Source of the DNA: Paludibacteraceae bacterium
GTDB taxonomy: Bacteria > Bacteroidota > Bacteroidia > Bacteroidales > Paludibacteraceae
NCBI GenBank assembly: GCA_024692565.1
Contig: JAILMN010000030.1
Coordinates: 43-64,042 of the forward strand
Reading direction: 5' to 3'
Length of the DNA: 64,000 bases
In this document: positions 37,084 through 47,441 of the stretch, one piece after another
How the letters are laid out: each line of letters begins with the position of its first letter
Position numbering within the stretch: the stretch's first letter is position 1
The notes under the pieces: model-generated
The model's database searches: none
Seen by the model: the letters and a program-made list of their open reading frames with translations, nothing else
Told to the model about the DNA's origin: nothing
Made by a program: the position numbers and the translations under genes

Positions 37084-39354
37084 ATGACTACAAAATCGTG
37101 GCATAAACCATTTTTGGTTTGGTTTTGGGGCCTTTTTATCGCAGGCCTCACAACGGCATTTGTCGTTATTTGGTTAATCACCGAAGGTGTATTGGGTTAC
37201 CTGCCGCCTCTGGAGGAATTGCAGAACCCGAAGAACTCCTTCGCCAGCGAAGTCATTTCAGCCGACATGCAATCGCTCGGACGTTATTATCGCTACGAGA
37301 ACCGCGTAGGCGTGGAGTACACGGACTTGTCGCCGGATCTGATTCACGCGCTGGTAGCTACCGAAGATGTGCGTTTCTATGAGCATACGGGCGTGGATTT
37401 CAAGTCTATGTTCCGCGCCATCATCAAACTCGGACGCGCAGGAGGTGGTAGTACGCTCACGCAGCAGTTGGCGAAGCAACTCTGGTCACCGCACGCAAAC
37501 AATATCATCGAGCGCGCGATGCAGAAACCCATCGAATGGGTCATCGCTACCAAGTTGGAGCGACTCTATTCGAAAGATGAGATTCTGCTGATGTACCTCA
37601 ACCAATTCGACTTTCTCTACAACGCGGTCGGCATTCAATCGGCGGCACAGGTCTATTTCTCCACGACCCCGATGGATCTGAAGAAGGAAGAGGCTGCGAT
37701 GCTCGTCGGCATGTGTAAGAACCCGTCGTTGTATAACCCTGTGCGTCACCCGGTTAGAGCTACCGAGCGCCGTAATACAGTGCTTTCACAAATGGCCAAA
37801 TACGGCTATTTGGATGAAGCCGCACGTGACTCACTGGCGGCTCTTCCGCTGGAATTGCACTATAGTTCCGTGGACCACAAACAAGGTCTGGCACCTTATT
37901 TCCGCGAGTTCCTGCGTGGTGTGCTGACCGCCAAGAAACCCGTGGAGGACGATTATCCTTCCTGGGCGCAGCAGCAGTACAAACTCGATAAATGGGCGTG
38001 GGACAACAACCCGCTCTACGGTTTCTGCGAGAAAAACAAGAAGGCGGACGGCAGTACCTACGACATCTATCAGGATGGTCTGCGCATCTACACCACGATT
38101 GATTCCAAGATGCAGCGCTATGCCGAAGAGGCCGTCAGCGAACATATGCAAGAGCAACAAAAAGCCTTCGATAAAGAGCTCAAGCGCAAACGCAACGCAC
38201 CTTTCTCCTGGTCGCTCAAGCAATCGGAGATTGACGGCATCATGAATCGCTCCATAAAGCAGACCGACCGCTACCGTCACATGAAAAATGCGGGCTACAC
38301 GGCGGAGGAGATTGAGAAAGAATTCATGAATCCCCGCGAGATGCAAGTCTTCACGTACGACCGCGGCATGATTGATACCATCCTCTCGCCGTACGACTCA
38401 ATCAAATGGCAGAAGAGTTTCTTGCGTTGCGGTTTCATGTCGATGGATCCGCGTACAGGACACGTCAAAGCATATGTCGGAGGACCTAACTTCGCACATT
38501 TCCAATACGATATGGTGACGAAAGGTCGCCGTCAGATCGGTTCTACCGTCAAGCCTTTCCTCTACACCTTGGCCATGGACGAAGGAATGTGGCCGTGTGA
38601 CAAAGCAGTGAATGAACCGATCACACTCGTGGACGCAACCGGTAAAGAATGGACGCCGCGAGACGGACATACCAAGAACAGGGGAGACACCGTCACCCTC
38701 ACATGGGGACTCAAAAACTCCAGCAACTGGATCTCGGCTTACCTCATGTCCCTCTTTACGCCGGAGCAGTTAGTGCGCATGATGCGTTCGTTCGGGATCC
38801 AAGGAGATATCGTACCGGTCGTTTCGCTCTGCCTCGGTCCGTGCGAAGTGAGCCTGGAGGAGATGGTCAACGCCTACTCCACGTTCCCGAACAAAGGTAT
38901 CCGAACCGAACCGCTCTACGTCACACGAATCGAAGACAGTAACGGCAATGTCATCGGAACCTTCACTCCGCGCACGCACGAGATCATCGGCGAGACAACG
39001 TCTTACAAGATGCTGTATATGATGCGCGCTGTGATGGATCAGGGAACCGGTGTGCGCGTGCGATACAAATACAATGTCAACGCTCCTATGGGCGGTAAAA
39101 CGGGTACGACGCAGAATAACTCGGACGGTTGGTTCATGTGCTACACGCCTTCGCTCGTCAACGGAGCTTGGGTAGGCGGTGAAGACCGCGCCGTGCATTT
39201 CGATAATATGTCGGAAGGTCAGGGTGCAGCCATGGCCTTGCCAATCTGCGCACTGTATATGCAGAAGATTTTGGCGGATCCCGACTTAGGCTATGACCCG
39301 AATGAGCAATTCGATGTGCCGAAAGAATTTAACCCGAATGCTGGTTGCCGATAA
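37084..39354 (+). CDS. mrcA: penicillin-binding protein 1A (transglycosylase/transpeptidase)
   Basis: EDVRFYEH glycosyltransferase motif; STVKP and KTGTT transpeptidase motifs. Confidence 0.9.
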   Translation: MTTKSWHKPFLVWFWGLFIAGLTTAFVVIWLITEGVLGYLPPLEELQNPKNSFASEVISADMQSLGRYYRYENRVGVEYTDLSPDLIHALVATEDVRFYEHTGVDFKSMFRAIIKLGRAGGGSTLTQQLAKQLWSPHANNIIERAMQKPIEWVIATKLERLYSKDEILLMYLNQFDFLYNAVGIQSAAQVYFSTTPMDLKKEEAAMLVGMCKNPSLYNPVRHPVRATERRNTVLSQMAKYGYLDEAARDSLAALPLELHYSSVDHKQGLAPYFREFLRGVLTAKKPVEDDYPSWAQQQYKLDKWAWDNNPLYGFCEKNKKADGSTYDIYQDGLRIYTTIDSKMQRYAEEAVSEHMQEQQKAFDKELKRKRNAPFSWSLKQSEIDGIMNRSIKQTDRYRHMKNAGYTAEEIEKEFMNPREMQVFTYDRGMIDTILSPYDSIKWQKSFLRCGFMSMDPRTGHVKAYVGGPNFAHFQYDMVTKGRRQIGSTVKPFLYTLAMDEGMWPCDKAVNEPITLVDATGKEWTPRDGHTKNRGDTVTLTWGLKNSSNWISAYLMSLFTPEQLVRMMRSFGIQGDIVPVVSLCLGPCEVSLEEMVNAYSTFPNKGIRTEPLYVTRIEDSNGNVIGTFTPRTHEIIGETTSYKMLYMMRAVMDQGTGVRVRYKYNVNAPMGGKTGTTQNNSDGWFMCYTPSLVNGAWVGGEDRAVHFDNMSEGQGAAMALPICALYMQKILADPDLGYDPNEQFDVPKEFNPNAGCR

Positions 39355-39357
39355 ACA

Positions 39358-41313
39358 ATGACCCGAATACGGCACATAGTACTTCTTGCGCTTTTGTCGT
39401 TCTGCCTCATGCCGGCGAAAGCACAACTGAATACCGATCGCATCACCGCCATCGGGCGTAACGCCTTGTATTTCGAAGACTACGTGCTGTCTATTCAGTA
39501 TTTCAATCAGGTCATTCATCTCAAGCCCTACCTCGCGGAGCCTTATTTCTACAGAGCGATTGCGAAGATTCAATTGGAGGACTATCAAGGTGCGCTACGC
39601 GATTGCAATGCCGCGATTGAGCGCAATCCGTTCTCGCCGGGTTGTTATTATGCCCGCGGGTATATATACTGCCAACTGAAGCGTTGGGACGAAGCGGAAG
39701 AGGACTACACCACGGCACTGCGTTTCTCGCCGGAAAACCGCACCTATATATTATTGCGCGCAGACGTACGCGCGCAAAAGAAACAATATGATCTGGCGCT
39801 CGAAGATATAGAGCAATTGCTTCGTCGCGAACCGCAAGCGGCTACTGTATGGAGCGAGAAAGGACGTATATGCCTTCTCAAGGACGATACTCTGGCGGCT
39901 TTAGACGCGTTCACGCAAGCTGCTACGTACGACAAAGCGAATCCGGCTGTGTGGTCGGCGTTAGGAGTGACGAACCTGATGTTGGAGCGCGAAGATGAAG
40001 CCTATGTGCAGTTGACGCAAGCCATCAATTTGGGCTCCAAATGGGCAGGTGATTTCACCAACCGCGGCGTTATTCACTATCATCGTCATAATTATCGCGG
40101 CGCGTTGGCGGATTATGATCAGGCCGTTAAGTTGGCACCGCGGGAAGCAGACAGTTATTACAACCGCGGCGTAATGCGGCAGGAGGTAGGCGATTACAAC
40201 CGCGCCTTGGAAGATCTGCGCATGGCTGTCTCCTTGGCACCCGAACGCGTAGAGATGCGTTATCAGTTGGGCTTAGTGCTGATGCAACTCAAACAATGGA
40301 AAGAAGTGGTCAATAATATGGATTCGCTCATCGCGCGGTATCCGTATTTCCTGCCTGCCTACTACGTAGCGTCGCAAGCGAAATTGCAGCAAGGCAATCA
40401 GGCCGCGGCATATAAGTATCGAATGCGTGCGCAGGAACTGGAGCAGCGCAAAGAGTCCATCCAAGCGCAACAAGCCGCGCAGCCGCACACCGACATGATG
40501 ATCGCGCAAGCGCAGCCGCAGAAAAAAGACCATCGTAAGGAATTCTCCACTTCTACGGCACAGAATCAATCGGAGATTCCTGACGAAGAGCAGAAATACG
40601 AGTCCAAGACACGCGGTACGGTGCAAAAACGCTATCAGGACGTAGTGAACGAACCCAATATAGTGCTCAGTTATTACAGCAAGGACATGAGCCTGAGGCG
40701 CACAAATTATTACCATCCGCTGGTGGATCAGTTGAACCGAAGCGAACAACTGCCTGCAACCCTGCGTTTCACGGCGCAAGAGATGGCACTGACGGCAGAG
40801 ATGGTAGATTTCCATTTTGCGGAGATCACACGCCTCTCGCGATTGATTGACGAGACACCTTCTGCAGCACTATACCTTGCGCGCGCCCTGGAATTCGCCA
40901 TCATCAAAGATTACGCGAGCGCAGTTGATGATTGTACCAAAGCCATCGTCATCGCCGATAAAGACTTGGAACCCGTCATCGTCTTCTGCCGCGCTACATG
41001 GCGTTACCGTTTGGCGGAGATTGATTATGAACTGATCTTACGCGATTATGATCAGGTCATTCGCCTGCAATCAGACTTTGCCTTTGCGTTTTACAACAAA
41101 GCAAATATCCTCTGCGCACAGCGCGAATACAAAGATGCAATCGCTTACTACACGCGTGCCATCCAACGGGACAATGACTTCGCAGAAGCGTATTTTAATA
41201 GGGGTTTGACGTACGTCTATATCGGCGAAAACGAGAAAGGATTAGCTGACCTGTCCAAAGCCGGCGAACTCGGAATTTACCAGGCATACAACCTAATCAC
41301 GCGATTCAAATGA
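39358..41313 (+). CDS. tetratricopeptide repeat protein
   Basis: Signal peptide plus many TPR units (A..Y.RG......Y..A..D...A). Confidence 0.8.
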   Translation: MTRIRHIVLLALLSFCLMPAKAQLNTDRITAIGRNALYFEDYVLSIQYFNQVIHLKPYLAEPYFYRAIAKIQLEDYQGALRDCNAAIERNPFSPGCYYARGYIYCQLKRWDEAEEDYTTALRFSPENRTYILLRADVRAQKKQYDLALEDIEQLLRREPQAATVWSEKGRICLLKDDTLAALDAFTQAATYDKANPAVWSALGVTNLMLEREDEAYVQLTQAINLGSKWAGDFTNRGVIHYHRHNYRGALADYDQAVKLAPREADSYYNRGVMRQEVGDYNRALEDLRMAVSLAPERVEMRYQLGLVLMQLKQWKEVVNNMDSLIARYPYFLPAYYVASQAKLQQGNQAAAYKYRMRAQELEQRKESIQAQQAAQPHTDMMIAQAQPQKKDHRKEFSTSTAQNQSEIPDEEQKYESKTRGTVQKRYQDVVNEPNIVLSYYSKDMSLRRTNYYHPLVDQLNRSEQLPATLRFTAQEMALTAEMVDFHFAEITRLSRLIDETPSAALYLARALEFAIIKDYASAVDDCTKAIVIADKDLEPVIVFCRATWRYRLAEIDYELILRDYDQVIRLQSDFAFAFYNKANILCAQREYKDAIAYYTRAIQRDNDFAEAYFNRGLTYVYIGENEKGLADLSKAGELGIYQAYNLITRFK

Positions 41314-42209
41314 GAACCATTCGATACATAGTGACAGCCCTTCTGCTGATGGTTTGCTTGGTTCCCGCCAAGGCGCAACTACTGTGGGAGATCAGCGGAC
41401 GCTCGAGCAAACAGAAATCGTACATCCTCGCGACCAACCGACTCGTGGAGATGCAGTTTTTGGATACGATTCCGAATGTGTTCAAATGTTTCGGACGATG
41501 CAAAAAAGTGGTGACGGAATTTGCGATGCAGGACTATGAGGCCCTCGCGGCACTGCGTCAGGCAGCCAGCCTACCCGACTCCATCAAACTGAGCAATTTC
41601 TATACCGATAAAGAATACGAATATATCGACAATAGTTTGCGCGTCAACCTCAATATGGGACTCGATAAGTTATGCCGAATGAAACCCGCGTACCTCACCG
41701 AGATGTTCCGCACCGAACTGATGAAACAATGGCTCAAATACGATGAGCAGAAATCGATGGAAGGCTTCTTCGAATCGGTTGCCGGCGAGCGGAACATGCC
41801 GGTCGTAGGGCTGGATAATATCGGCGAAACGATGTATATGCTCTTCGATCGCGAACCCTTCCATTGGCAGTGCAAAGAACTGCTCAAAGTGATTGAGTAT
41901 CCGGAGAACGAAGTGAAGCAAGAGCGCGCCATCAAAGAGATGTACCTCACAGGACGATTGACGGATATCGCTTTTCAGGTCGAGGCGCCGGACAATAAAT
42001 CGAGCATTTCCTACTCGGATTATCAGGTTTATTGTCAGCGCAATCAGCAGTGGGTCAAACGATTGCAACCCATCTTAGCCGAAGGCGGAGCGTTCATCAC
42101 GCTCAATGCGATTTACCTGGGCGGAGACAAAGGACTGTTGCAGCAACTGCGTGCCGCAGGATACCGCGTGCGACCGGTGAACAGACGAATACAATTAAAA
42201 AAACAATGA
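41310..42209 (+). CDS. TraB/GumN family protein (degenerate motifs)
   Basis: LWEISG...SYILATNRL and C-terminal AIYLGGDKGLLQQLRAAGYRV parallel the TraB/GumN blocks. The usual His residues are replaced. Confidence 0.55.
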   Translation: MRTIRYIVTALLLMVCLVPAKAQLLWEISGRSSKQKSYILATNRLVEMQFLDTIPNVFKCFGRCKKVVTEFAMQDYEALAALRQAASLPDSIKLSNFYTDKEYEYIDNSLRVNLNMGLDKLCRMKPAYLTEMFRTELMKQWLKYDEQKSMEGFFESVAGERNMPVVGLDNIGETMYMLFDREPFHWQCKELLKVIEYPENEVKQERAIKEMYLTGRLTDIAFQVEAPDNKSSISYSDYQVYCQRNQQWVKRLQPILAEGGAFITLNAIYLGGDKGLLQQLRAAGYRVRPVNRRIQLKKQ

Positions 42210-42775
42210 ATATGAAAAAAATCCTCTTTTTCCTCGTAGCAATCCTCACAGCTACGATGATGAATGTCAACGCTGCGGAACGCGGCAAGTTTATCCACGT
42301 GGATGCTTCGGTGAACAAGAATCTCAAGCCCCAATTGGCTTTCTTGCAAGAGCACAAAGGCGGAAAGGATGTCACCACGCTGCTGGTAAAAACGGTCAGC
42401 GCCAACAATTTCTATGAGTTCACGGATGCCTCACGCGTCCTCGTGCGTTTCGCGGATGGTACTGCTATTCGTCTGCCGCGCGTAGCAGGCTCGGACGTGC
42501 AGAAAAACAAGTTCTCCAAGAAAAACGGCAATGCAACCATCCAATTCTGCGAGACCGTTACTACCTACGAGACAACGCCGGAGATGATTTCCAAACTGGA
42601 GAGCAATATCGCCATCATCAAAGTGCGTATCGTATTCAAGGAGAATGATGCTAAGGATTATGACATCGAAGCGGGCTATCAGGCGAAGATGGCGGCTGAC
42701 TTGCTCAAATCGTATCAGGAAACCGCGCAAAAGAATAAACAATCCAACGGAGATTTAAGTGATGACGATTTCTAA
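42206..42775 (+). CDS. hypothetical secreted protein
   Basis: Track ORF trimmed to MNMKKILFFLVAILTATMMNVNA. ATGA overlap with the upstream gene. Confidence 0.55.
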   Translation: MNMKKILFFLVAILTATMMNVNAAERGKFIHVDASVNKNLKPQLAFLQEHKGGKDVTTLLVKTVSANNFYEFTDASRVLVRFADGTAIRLPRVAGSDVQKNKFSKKNGNATIQFCETVTTYETTPEMISKLESNIAIIKVRIVFKENDAKDYDIEAGYQAKMAADLLKSYQETAQKNKQSNGDLSDDDF

Positions 42776-45062
42776 AAAAATACTGGTATTTTGTCTGTTT
42801 ATATTCAGTGCAGCAGCGTTCTGCCCTACCCATGCAGCCCGCACGTTAGGCATGCGTGAGTTGGGTGACTCGCTCATGGCCTACACCGGTTTCTCCAAAG
42901 TGTGGTCGCCTATCGTGCGCATCAAAAACCTGCGCATCGATGATAAAACGGTCACCCTCCACACCAATGCCATCCTCGGTCATGTTCGATGGACACCGGA
43001 GAACGTGGAGGAACTGAAAAAACGGGTCAGTGTCTGGACGCTGGGCGAGGAAGATGGCGAAGTGTCGATCTTCACCAATGATAAAGCTATCGATTCGCTC
43101 ATCACCGATTGCGCACGCGGCATCGGGCCGACTACACGCAAGAAAGATCTGACCGACCGCAATATCGCCTTGTGGCCGAGTCACGGTCTGTATTATAATA
43201 TCGAGCGCGAAGAATGGATCTGGCAGCGCGCCACACTGTGGACCACGGTCGAAGACCTCTATAGCCAAGAATGCGTGCGCCTTATTCGTAAGATGCTGGA
43301 GAATGCCGGAGCTACTATCTATATGCCTCGTGCAGGCGTGGAGAACCAGGAACTCGGTGTTTCGGGTCTGCCGCAGTGGGCAGAAGGAGCACGCTATTGG
43401 TTGAAATCGAAAGGCGTCCGTTCGGGCATCTGGAACTTGTACGACGCAGATGAATACAAAGACGACATGAAGTGTCGTCCTACGTGGGTCAACTCCCTCA
43501 AAGCGCCGATTGACTTATGCCTTGCTTTCCATACGGACGGACAAGACAGCGGCAATGACACCACAATCATCGGTACGCTCGTCATCTACACGGAGAAAAA
43601 CGATAAGGGCAAGAAAGAACTCAAAGACGGTCGTAATCGTGAGAAAGAGAATCGTAACTTAGGCGATTGGATCCAAACGCAGGTGACCGAAGACTTACAG
43701 CACATTGCGCCGGAATGGGTGCGACGCCAGTTGCGCGAAGCTAACTATTGCGAGAGCCGCGTACCGGATGTACCGAGTATCATTCTGGAATTGCTCAGCC
43801 ATAAGAATTTTGCCGATATGAAATACGGCCTCGATCCTAATTTCCGTTTCGCCTCTGCGCGCGCGGTATATAAAGGTATCTTGCGTTATCTCAACGGCAA
43901 ATCGGCTGTGGTTCAACCGCTTCCCGTGCAGCAGTTGTCCATCAGTACGGATGGTACCTTGCGCTGGAAAGCACGCAAAGATCCGTGGGAACCTACAGCC
44001 AAAGCCATATATTACATGGTGTATGTGCAGGAGAACGACGGCGAATGGGATGTGCAGCAGGTGGATAAGAAGACCGAAGTGAAATTGGAGCTGAAGCGCG
44101 GCGTGAAATATAATTATTATGTCGTAGCCGGTAACGATGGCGGTCTCAGTCTGCCCAGCCCTATTATCAGTGCGTACCTCAGCGAACGAGACAAAGCGCC
44201 GCTTGCGCTCATCATCGATGGCTTTGATGACGTCTATGGACCGGAATGGTTCGCGGAAACCAATTATGCCGGTATTGTTCCCGGTTCCTTCGCTTGCGAA
44301 GATGGCTTCAGTTGTGCCTATATCGGACCTCAATGGGATTTCCGACGCACCAGTCAATGGGTCAATGATGACAACTGCGGTTGGGGAGCTTGCTATCGCG
44401 ACCATGCGGGACAACTCACCATCGGCAACACACACGATTGGGCTGCGCAACACGGACGAGTGCTGCGGAAAATGCGCATCTCGTACGTCTCTGCTACAGC
44501 CGAGATGGCGAAGATCAACCGCAATTATAAGTTCGTGGACTATGTATGCGGACGCCAGCGCCAACCGTTCACCGAGAATATGCAAAAGCAACTGACGGAG
44601 TACCTGTCCGGAGGAGGAAACATGCTGCTCAGCGCGGAAAACTATAGCAAGATTGACCAGGAATGGGCAGAGATTTTCTTACATGCTACGTTCTATGCCG
44701 AGCGCACAACGCGTAACGGACGTATTTCTACGCCCAGACATCGTCTCTATAATCTGCAATTGGAGCCGAACGAAGACCAGATCTTCACCGCCAAGCCGGA
44801 AGGATTGAAACCGACGGAAGATGCCAAACGAATGGCGGAGTACCAAGATATGCGTTGTGGCGCAGCGGTGGGATGGGAAGGCGTGCTGACGCTCGATACG
44901 ATCACCGATGCGTCGCCGGAGATGTTGGAGCAGTTGGCGGCGTATCAGACACCCAAACCCAACCAACCTACCTCACGAACGCTCGTCTATGGCTTCCCGC
45001 TTGAAGCCGTTATGGAGTTTGACAAGATCTACCGCAACGCCGTTGAATGGATCACAGAATAA
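42759..45062 (+). CDS. large secreted protein with MurNAc-LAA (amidase_3)-like core
   Basis: Signal peptide. LCLAFHTDG...ILELLSHKN blocks resemble the amidase_3 zinc ligand context. Assignment is tentative. Confidence 0.45.
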   Translation: MMTISKKILVFCLFIFSAAAFCPTHAARTLGMRELGDSLMAYTGFSKVWSPIVRIKNLRIDDKTVTLHTNAILGHVRWTPENVEELKKRVSVWTLGEEDGEVSIFTNDKAIDSLITDCARGIGPTTRKKDLTDRNIALWPSHGLYYNIEREEWIWQRATLWTTVEDLYSQECVRLIRKMLENAGATIYMPRAGVENQELGVSGLPQWAEGARYWLKSKGVRSGIWNLYDADEYKDDMKCRPTWVNSLKAPIDLCLAFHTDGQDSGNDTTIIGTLVIYTEKNDKGKKELKDGRNREKENRNLGDWIQTQVTEDLQHIAPEWVRRQLREANYCESRVPDVPSIILELLSHKNFADMKYGLDPNFRFASARAVYKGILRYLNGKSAVVQPLPVQQLSISTDGTLRWKARKDPWEPTAKAIYYMVYVQENDGEWDVQQVDKKTEVKLELKRGVKYNYYVVAGNDGGLSLPSPIISAYLSERDKAPLALIIDGFDDVYGPEWFAETNYAGIVPGSFACEDGFSCAYIGPQWDFRRTSQWVNDDNCGWGACYRDHAGQLTIGNTHDWAAQHGRVLRKMRISYVSATAEMAKINRNYKFVDYVCGRQRQPFTENMQKQLTEYLSGGGNMLLSAENYSKIDQEWAEIFLHATFYAERTTRNGRISTPRHRLYNLQLEPNEDQIFTAKPEGLKPTEDAKRMAEYQDMRCGAAVGWEGVLTLDTITDASPEMLEQLAAYQTPKPNQPTSRTLVYGFPLEAVMEFDKIYRNAVEWITE

Positions 45063-45075
45063 CACGGATTCGTAC

Positions 45076-45160
45076 ATTGCAGCCTGGCTGCAATAATCGA
45101 CAGAGCGTAGCGGCGGAGAAAATTGCTCTGCAATAATCGTTCGAACGTAGTGAGATAAGA
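45076..45160. repeat. two tandem ~40-bp units, each a hairpin followed by AATCG..GA.CGTAG
   Basis: ATTGCAGC-CTG-GCTGCAAT AATCGACAGAGCGTAGCGG and ATTGC-TCT-GCAAT AATCGTTCGAACGTAGTGAG, offset 40 bp. Confidence 0.7.
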
Positions 45161-45198
45161 ACCCAGACCGGTCTGCAGGAAGAAGGCCGTAGGGCCTT

Positions 45199-45239
45199 AA
45201 AACGAAGAAAGATACCTTCTCGGTATCTTCTTTCGTTTT
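45199..45239. terminator. long bidirectional hairpin between the amidase-like gene and the tRNA-Val 3' end
   Basis: AAAACGAAGAAAGATACC-ttctc-GGTATCTTCTTTCGTTTT is an 18-bp stem with 2 mismatches. It is preceded by two smaller palindromes (CAGACCGGTCTG, AAGGCC-gtag-GGCCTT). Confidence 0.7.
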
Positions 45240-45241
45240 CG

Positions 45242-45316
45242 TGGGCGTTTACGGATTCGAACCGCAGACCCTCTGCTTGTAAGGCAGATGCTCTAAACCA
45301 GCTGAGCTAAACGCCC
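45242..45316 (-). tRNA. tRNA-Val (anticodon TAC)
   Basis: Reverse complement GGGCGTTTAGCTCAGCTGGTTTAGAGCATCTGCCTTACAAGCAGAGGGTCTGCGGTTCGAATCCGTAAACGCCCA folds as a cloverleaf with anticodon loop CTTACAA. No encoded CCA. Has its own promoter and a downstream hairpin. Confidence 0.9.
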
Positions 45317-45347
45317 TCAAATCTGCTCTTTTTTTCAAAAGCGAGTG

Positions 45348-45379
45348 CAAAGGTACTGCTTTTTTTTGAATTGACCAAA
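45348..45379 (-). promoter_or_regulatory. tRNA-Val promoter
   Basis: TTTGGTCAATTCAAAAAAAAGCAGTACCTTTGC with a 20-nt spacer, about 30 nt upstream of the tRNA 5' end. Confidence 0.8.
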
Positions 45380-45425
45380 TTTTTTTGCATTTTTTTTGCG
45401 AATTCGTGCATTTTTTTGCAAAAAG

Positions 45426-46838
45426 TCATCTCTGCTTGTCAAAATGGATGCCATTCAGTCGCTTCATTTGCCGATGGAACCGTACATGGAAGAGGACTGC
45501 CGGAATAGCCAACGCGATGACGAACGCGAGCCACATACCCTTTGCTCCGAGGCCTAACGGGAACGTGAGCGTGATGCCCAACGGTAGCGCCACACCGATA
45601 TAAGCGAACAAAGCGATGCGCATCGGCACCCGCACATCCTGGATACCACGCAGCATGGCAGCTCCGATACATTGCAGTCCGTCGGCATATTGGAATGTTC
45701 CGGCGATGATGAGCAGCGTTGAAGCGATAGGAATCACTTCCGGATCACTCGTAAAAATATACGGTATCACATTGCGTCCGAAGATCATGATGGCCGCACC
45801 TATCGTATTCATCAATAAGCACAAATGTACCGACGCATGACTCGCCATACGCACGGCTTGCAGGTCACCTTTGCCTAATTGATGCGAAACGCGGATAGTC
45901 GTTGCCGAACCGATTCCCAAGGCTAACATAAACGTCAAATCAGCCATCTGATTAGCTATATGGTGCGCCGCCAACGACTCCTTACTGATCCAACCGATGA
46001 TGACAAACGAAGCTGTAAAAAGGAAGGCTTCCGCGAAGGACTGCAAACCGATCGGCATGCCGATATTGATCAGGTGTTCCACTTCGCGACGCGTGATGAG
46101 CCAACGACGCATGGACGTAATATACCGTCGCCATTCGGTCTTCCAAAGCATCGCGATGAAGAAACAAACCGGCATCAGGCATCGCGCAATAAGGCTTGCC
46201 CACCCTGCGCCTTCGGCACCCATCGCTTCAAAGCCCCAGTGACCATAAATGAACACCCAGTTCAGCAATATATTGAGCAAATTACAACCGATAGTGATGA
46301 GCATCGCGACAGTCGTGTTACCGAGTCCTTCCAAAAATTGTTTGCTGAACGAGAACAACAGAAACGGCACGATGGAGAGGACAATGAGAATGTAATACGG
46401 TCGTGCGCATTTGACCACCTCGGGTTCTTGTCCGAACGCATCCAGAAAACCGATACACGGAGCGAGTAACGCCAACGAGAACACGCTCATGATAGCGGTA
46501 AAGACCAGACCGTTGATGAGGTACGCCGTGATCTGCTCGTGTTTATGCGCAATCTCATCGTCCGTAGTGCCTTCGACCAGCAGTTTCTCAAGTCGTCCGT
46601 GCACGTGTCCGACGAGCGGCGTGATACCCATGAGCGCACCCATCGCGAACACCATCACCGTGAAAAACAGCGCATTGGAGAAACTGACCGCCGCCAAGTC
46701 TGCCGTACCGTAGTGCCCCACCATGATCGAGTCAGCCAGGCCCACCAACGCAGCACCGAGCTGCGTCAGCATCACCGGAAACGCCAACTTCAGGTTGCGT
46801 TTGTAGTACGGATAATATGCCCGAAACGAATAACTCAC
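45426..46838 (-). CDS. MATE family efflux transporter
   Basis: 12-TM protein with a NorM-like N-terminus (LAFPVMLTQLGAALVGLADSIMVG). Confidence 0.9.
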   Translation of the reverse strand: MSYSFRAYYPYYKRNLKLAFPVMLTQLGAALVGLADSIMVGHYGTADLAAVSFSNALFFTVMVFAMGALMGITPLVGHVHGRLEKLLVEGTTDDEIAHKHEQITAYLINGLVFTAIMSVFSLALLAPCIGFLDAFGQEPEVVKCARPYYILIVLSIVPFLLFSFSKQFLEGLGNTTVAMLITIGCNLLNILLNWVFIYGHWGFEAMGAEGAGWASLIARCLMPVCFFIAMLWKTEWRRYITSMRRWLITRREVEHLINIGMPIGLQSFAEAFLFTASFVIIGWISKESLAAHHIANQMADLTFMLALGIGSATTIRVSHQLGKGDLQAVRMASHASVHLCLLMNTIGAAIMIFGRNVIPYIFTSDPEVIPIASTLLIIAGTFQYADGLQCIGAAMLRGIQDVRVPMRIALFAYIGVALPLGITLTFPLGLGAKGMWLAFVIALAIPAVLFHVRFHRQMKRLNGIHFDKQR

Positions 46839-46852
46839 TGCTCCATCGCCAA

Positions 46853-47329
46853 CTAAAGCGTATGTCTTAACATCCCTTGACAGCCTTCCAATATATCCTC
46901 GTACGCTTTCGTAAAATCACCCGTGTACCAGGGGTCAGCCACGTCACGCGTTTTCCCTGCCCATGCCATCATCAGCGACACTTTGCGATCCGTACTACCT
47001 GAATGGATATCTTGCTCCGGTTCTAAACCGGTGATGTAGCGCATCCATCTCAGATTGCTCTGATCCATGCACACGATATAGTCGTAATATGCATAGTCTG
47101 CCTGCGTCATCTGTCGCGCCGCACGATGCTCAAACGGCACATTTTTCGCAGCCAACATCCGCTTAGCCGGAGGATAAATGTCATTGCCGATCTCTTCTGT
47201 GGACACCGCAGCCGAAGCAATCTCGAACTCGTCCGCACGACCTGCATGCTCCACCAATTGCTTCATGATATACTCCGCCATCGGTGACCGGCATATGTTG
47301 CCGTGACATATAAAAAGAATCTTAATCAT
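46853..47329 (-). CDS. low molecular weight protein-tyrosine phosphatase
   Basis: Start at MIKILFICHGNICRSPMAE with the CX5R(S) P-loop. The upstream part of the track ORF crosses the promoter. Confidence 0.88.
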   Translation of the reverse strand: MIKILFICHGNICRSPMAEYIMKQLVEHAGRADEFEIASAAVSTEEIGNDIYPPAKRMLAAKNVPFEHRAARQMTQADYAYYDYIVCMDQSNLRWMRYITGLEPEQDIHSGSTDRKVSLMMAWAGKTRDVADPWYTGDFTKAYEDILEGCQGMLRHTL

Positions 47330-47346
47330 GTCCTCAGATTTGCGTG

Positions 47347-47378
47347 CAAAGGTACGAAAAAAAAATGATATATGCAAG
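47347..47378 (-). promoter_or_regulatory. LMW-PTP promoter (-33 CTTG variant / -7 TACCTTTG)
   Basis: CTTGCATATATCATTTTTTTTTCGTACCTTTGCACGCAAA with a 20-nt spacer. Confidence 0.7.
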
Positions 47379-47441
47379 AAAAAGGGTGTAAAAAAAAGCT
47401 TCATATACCGTAATTGGACCGATGTTGACTCGATAATGACC

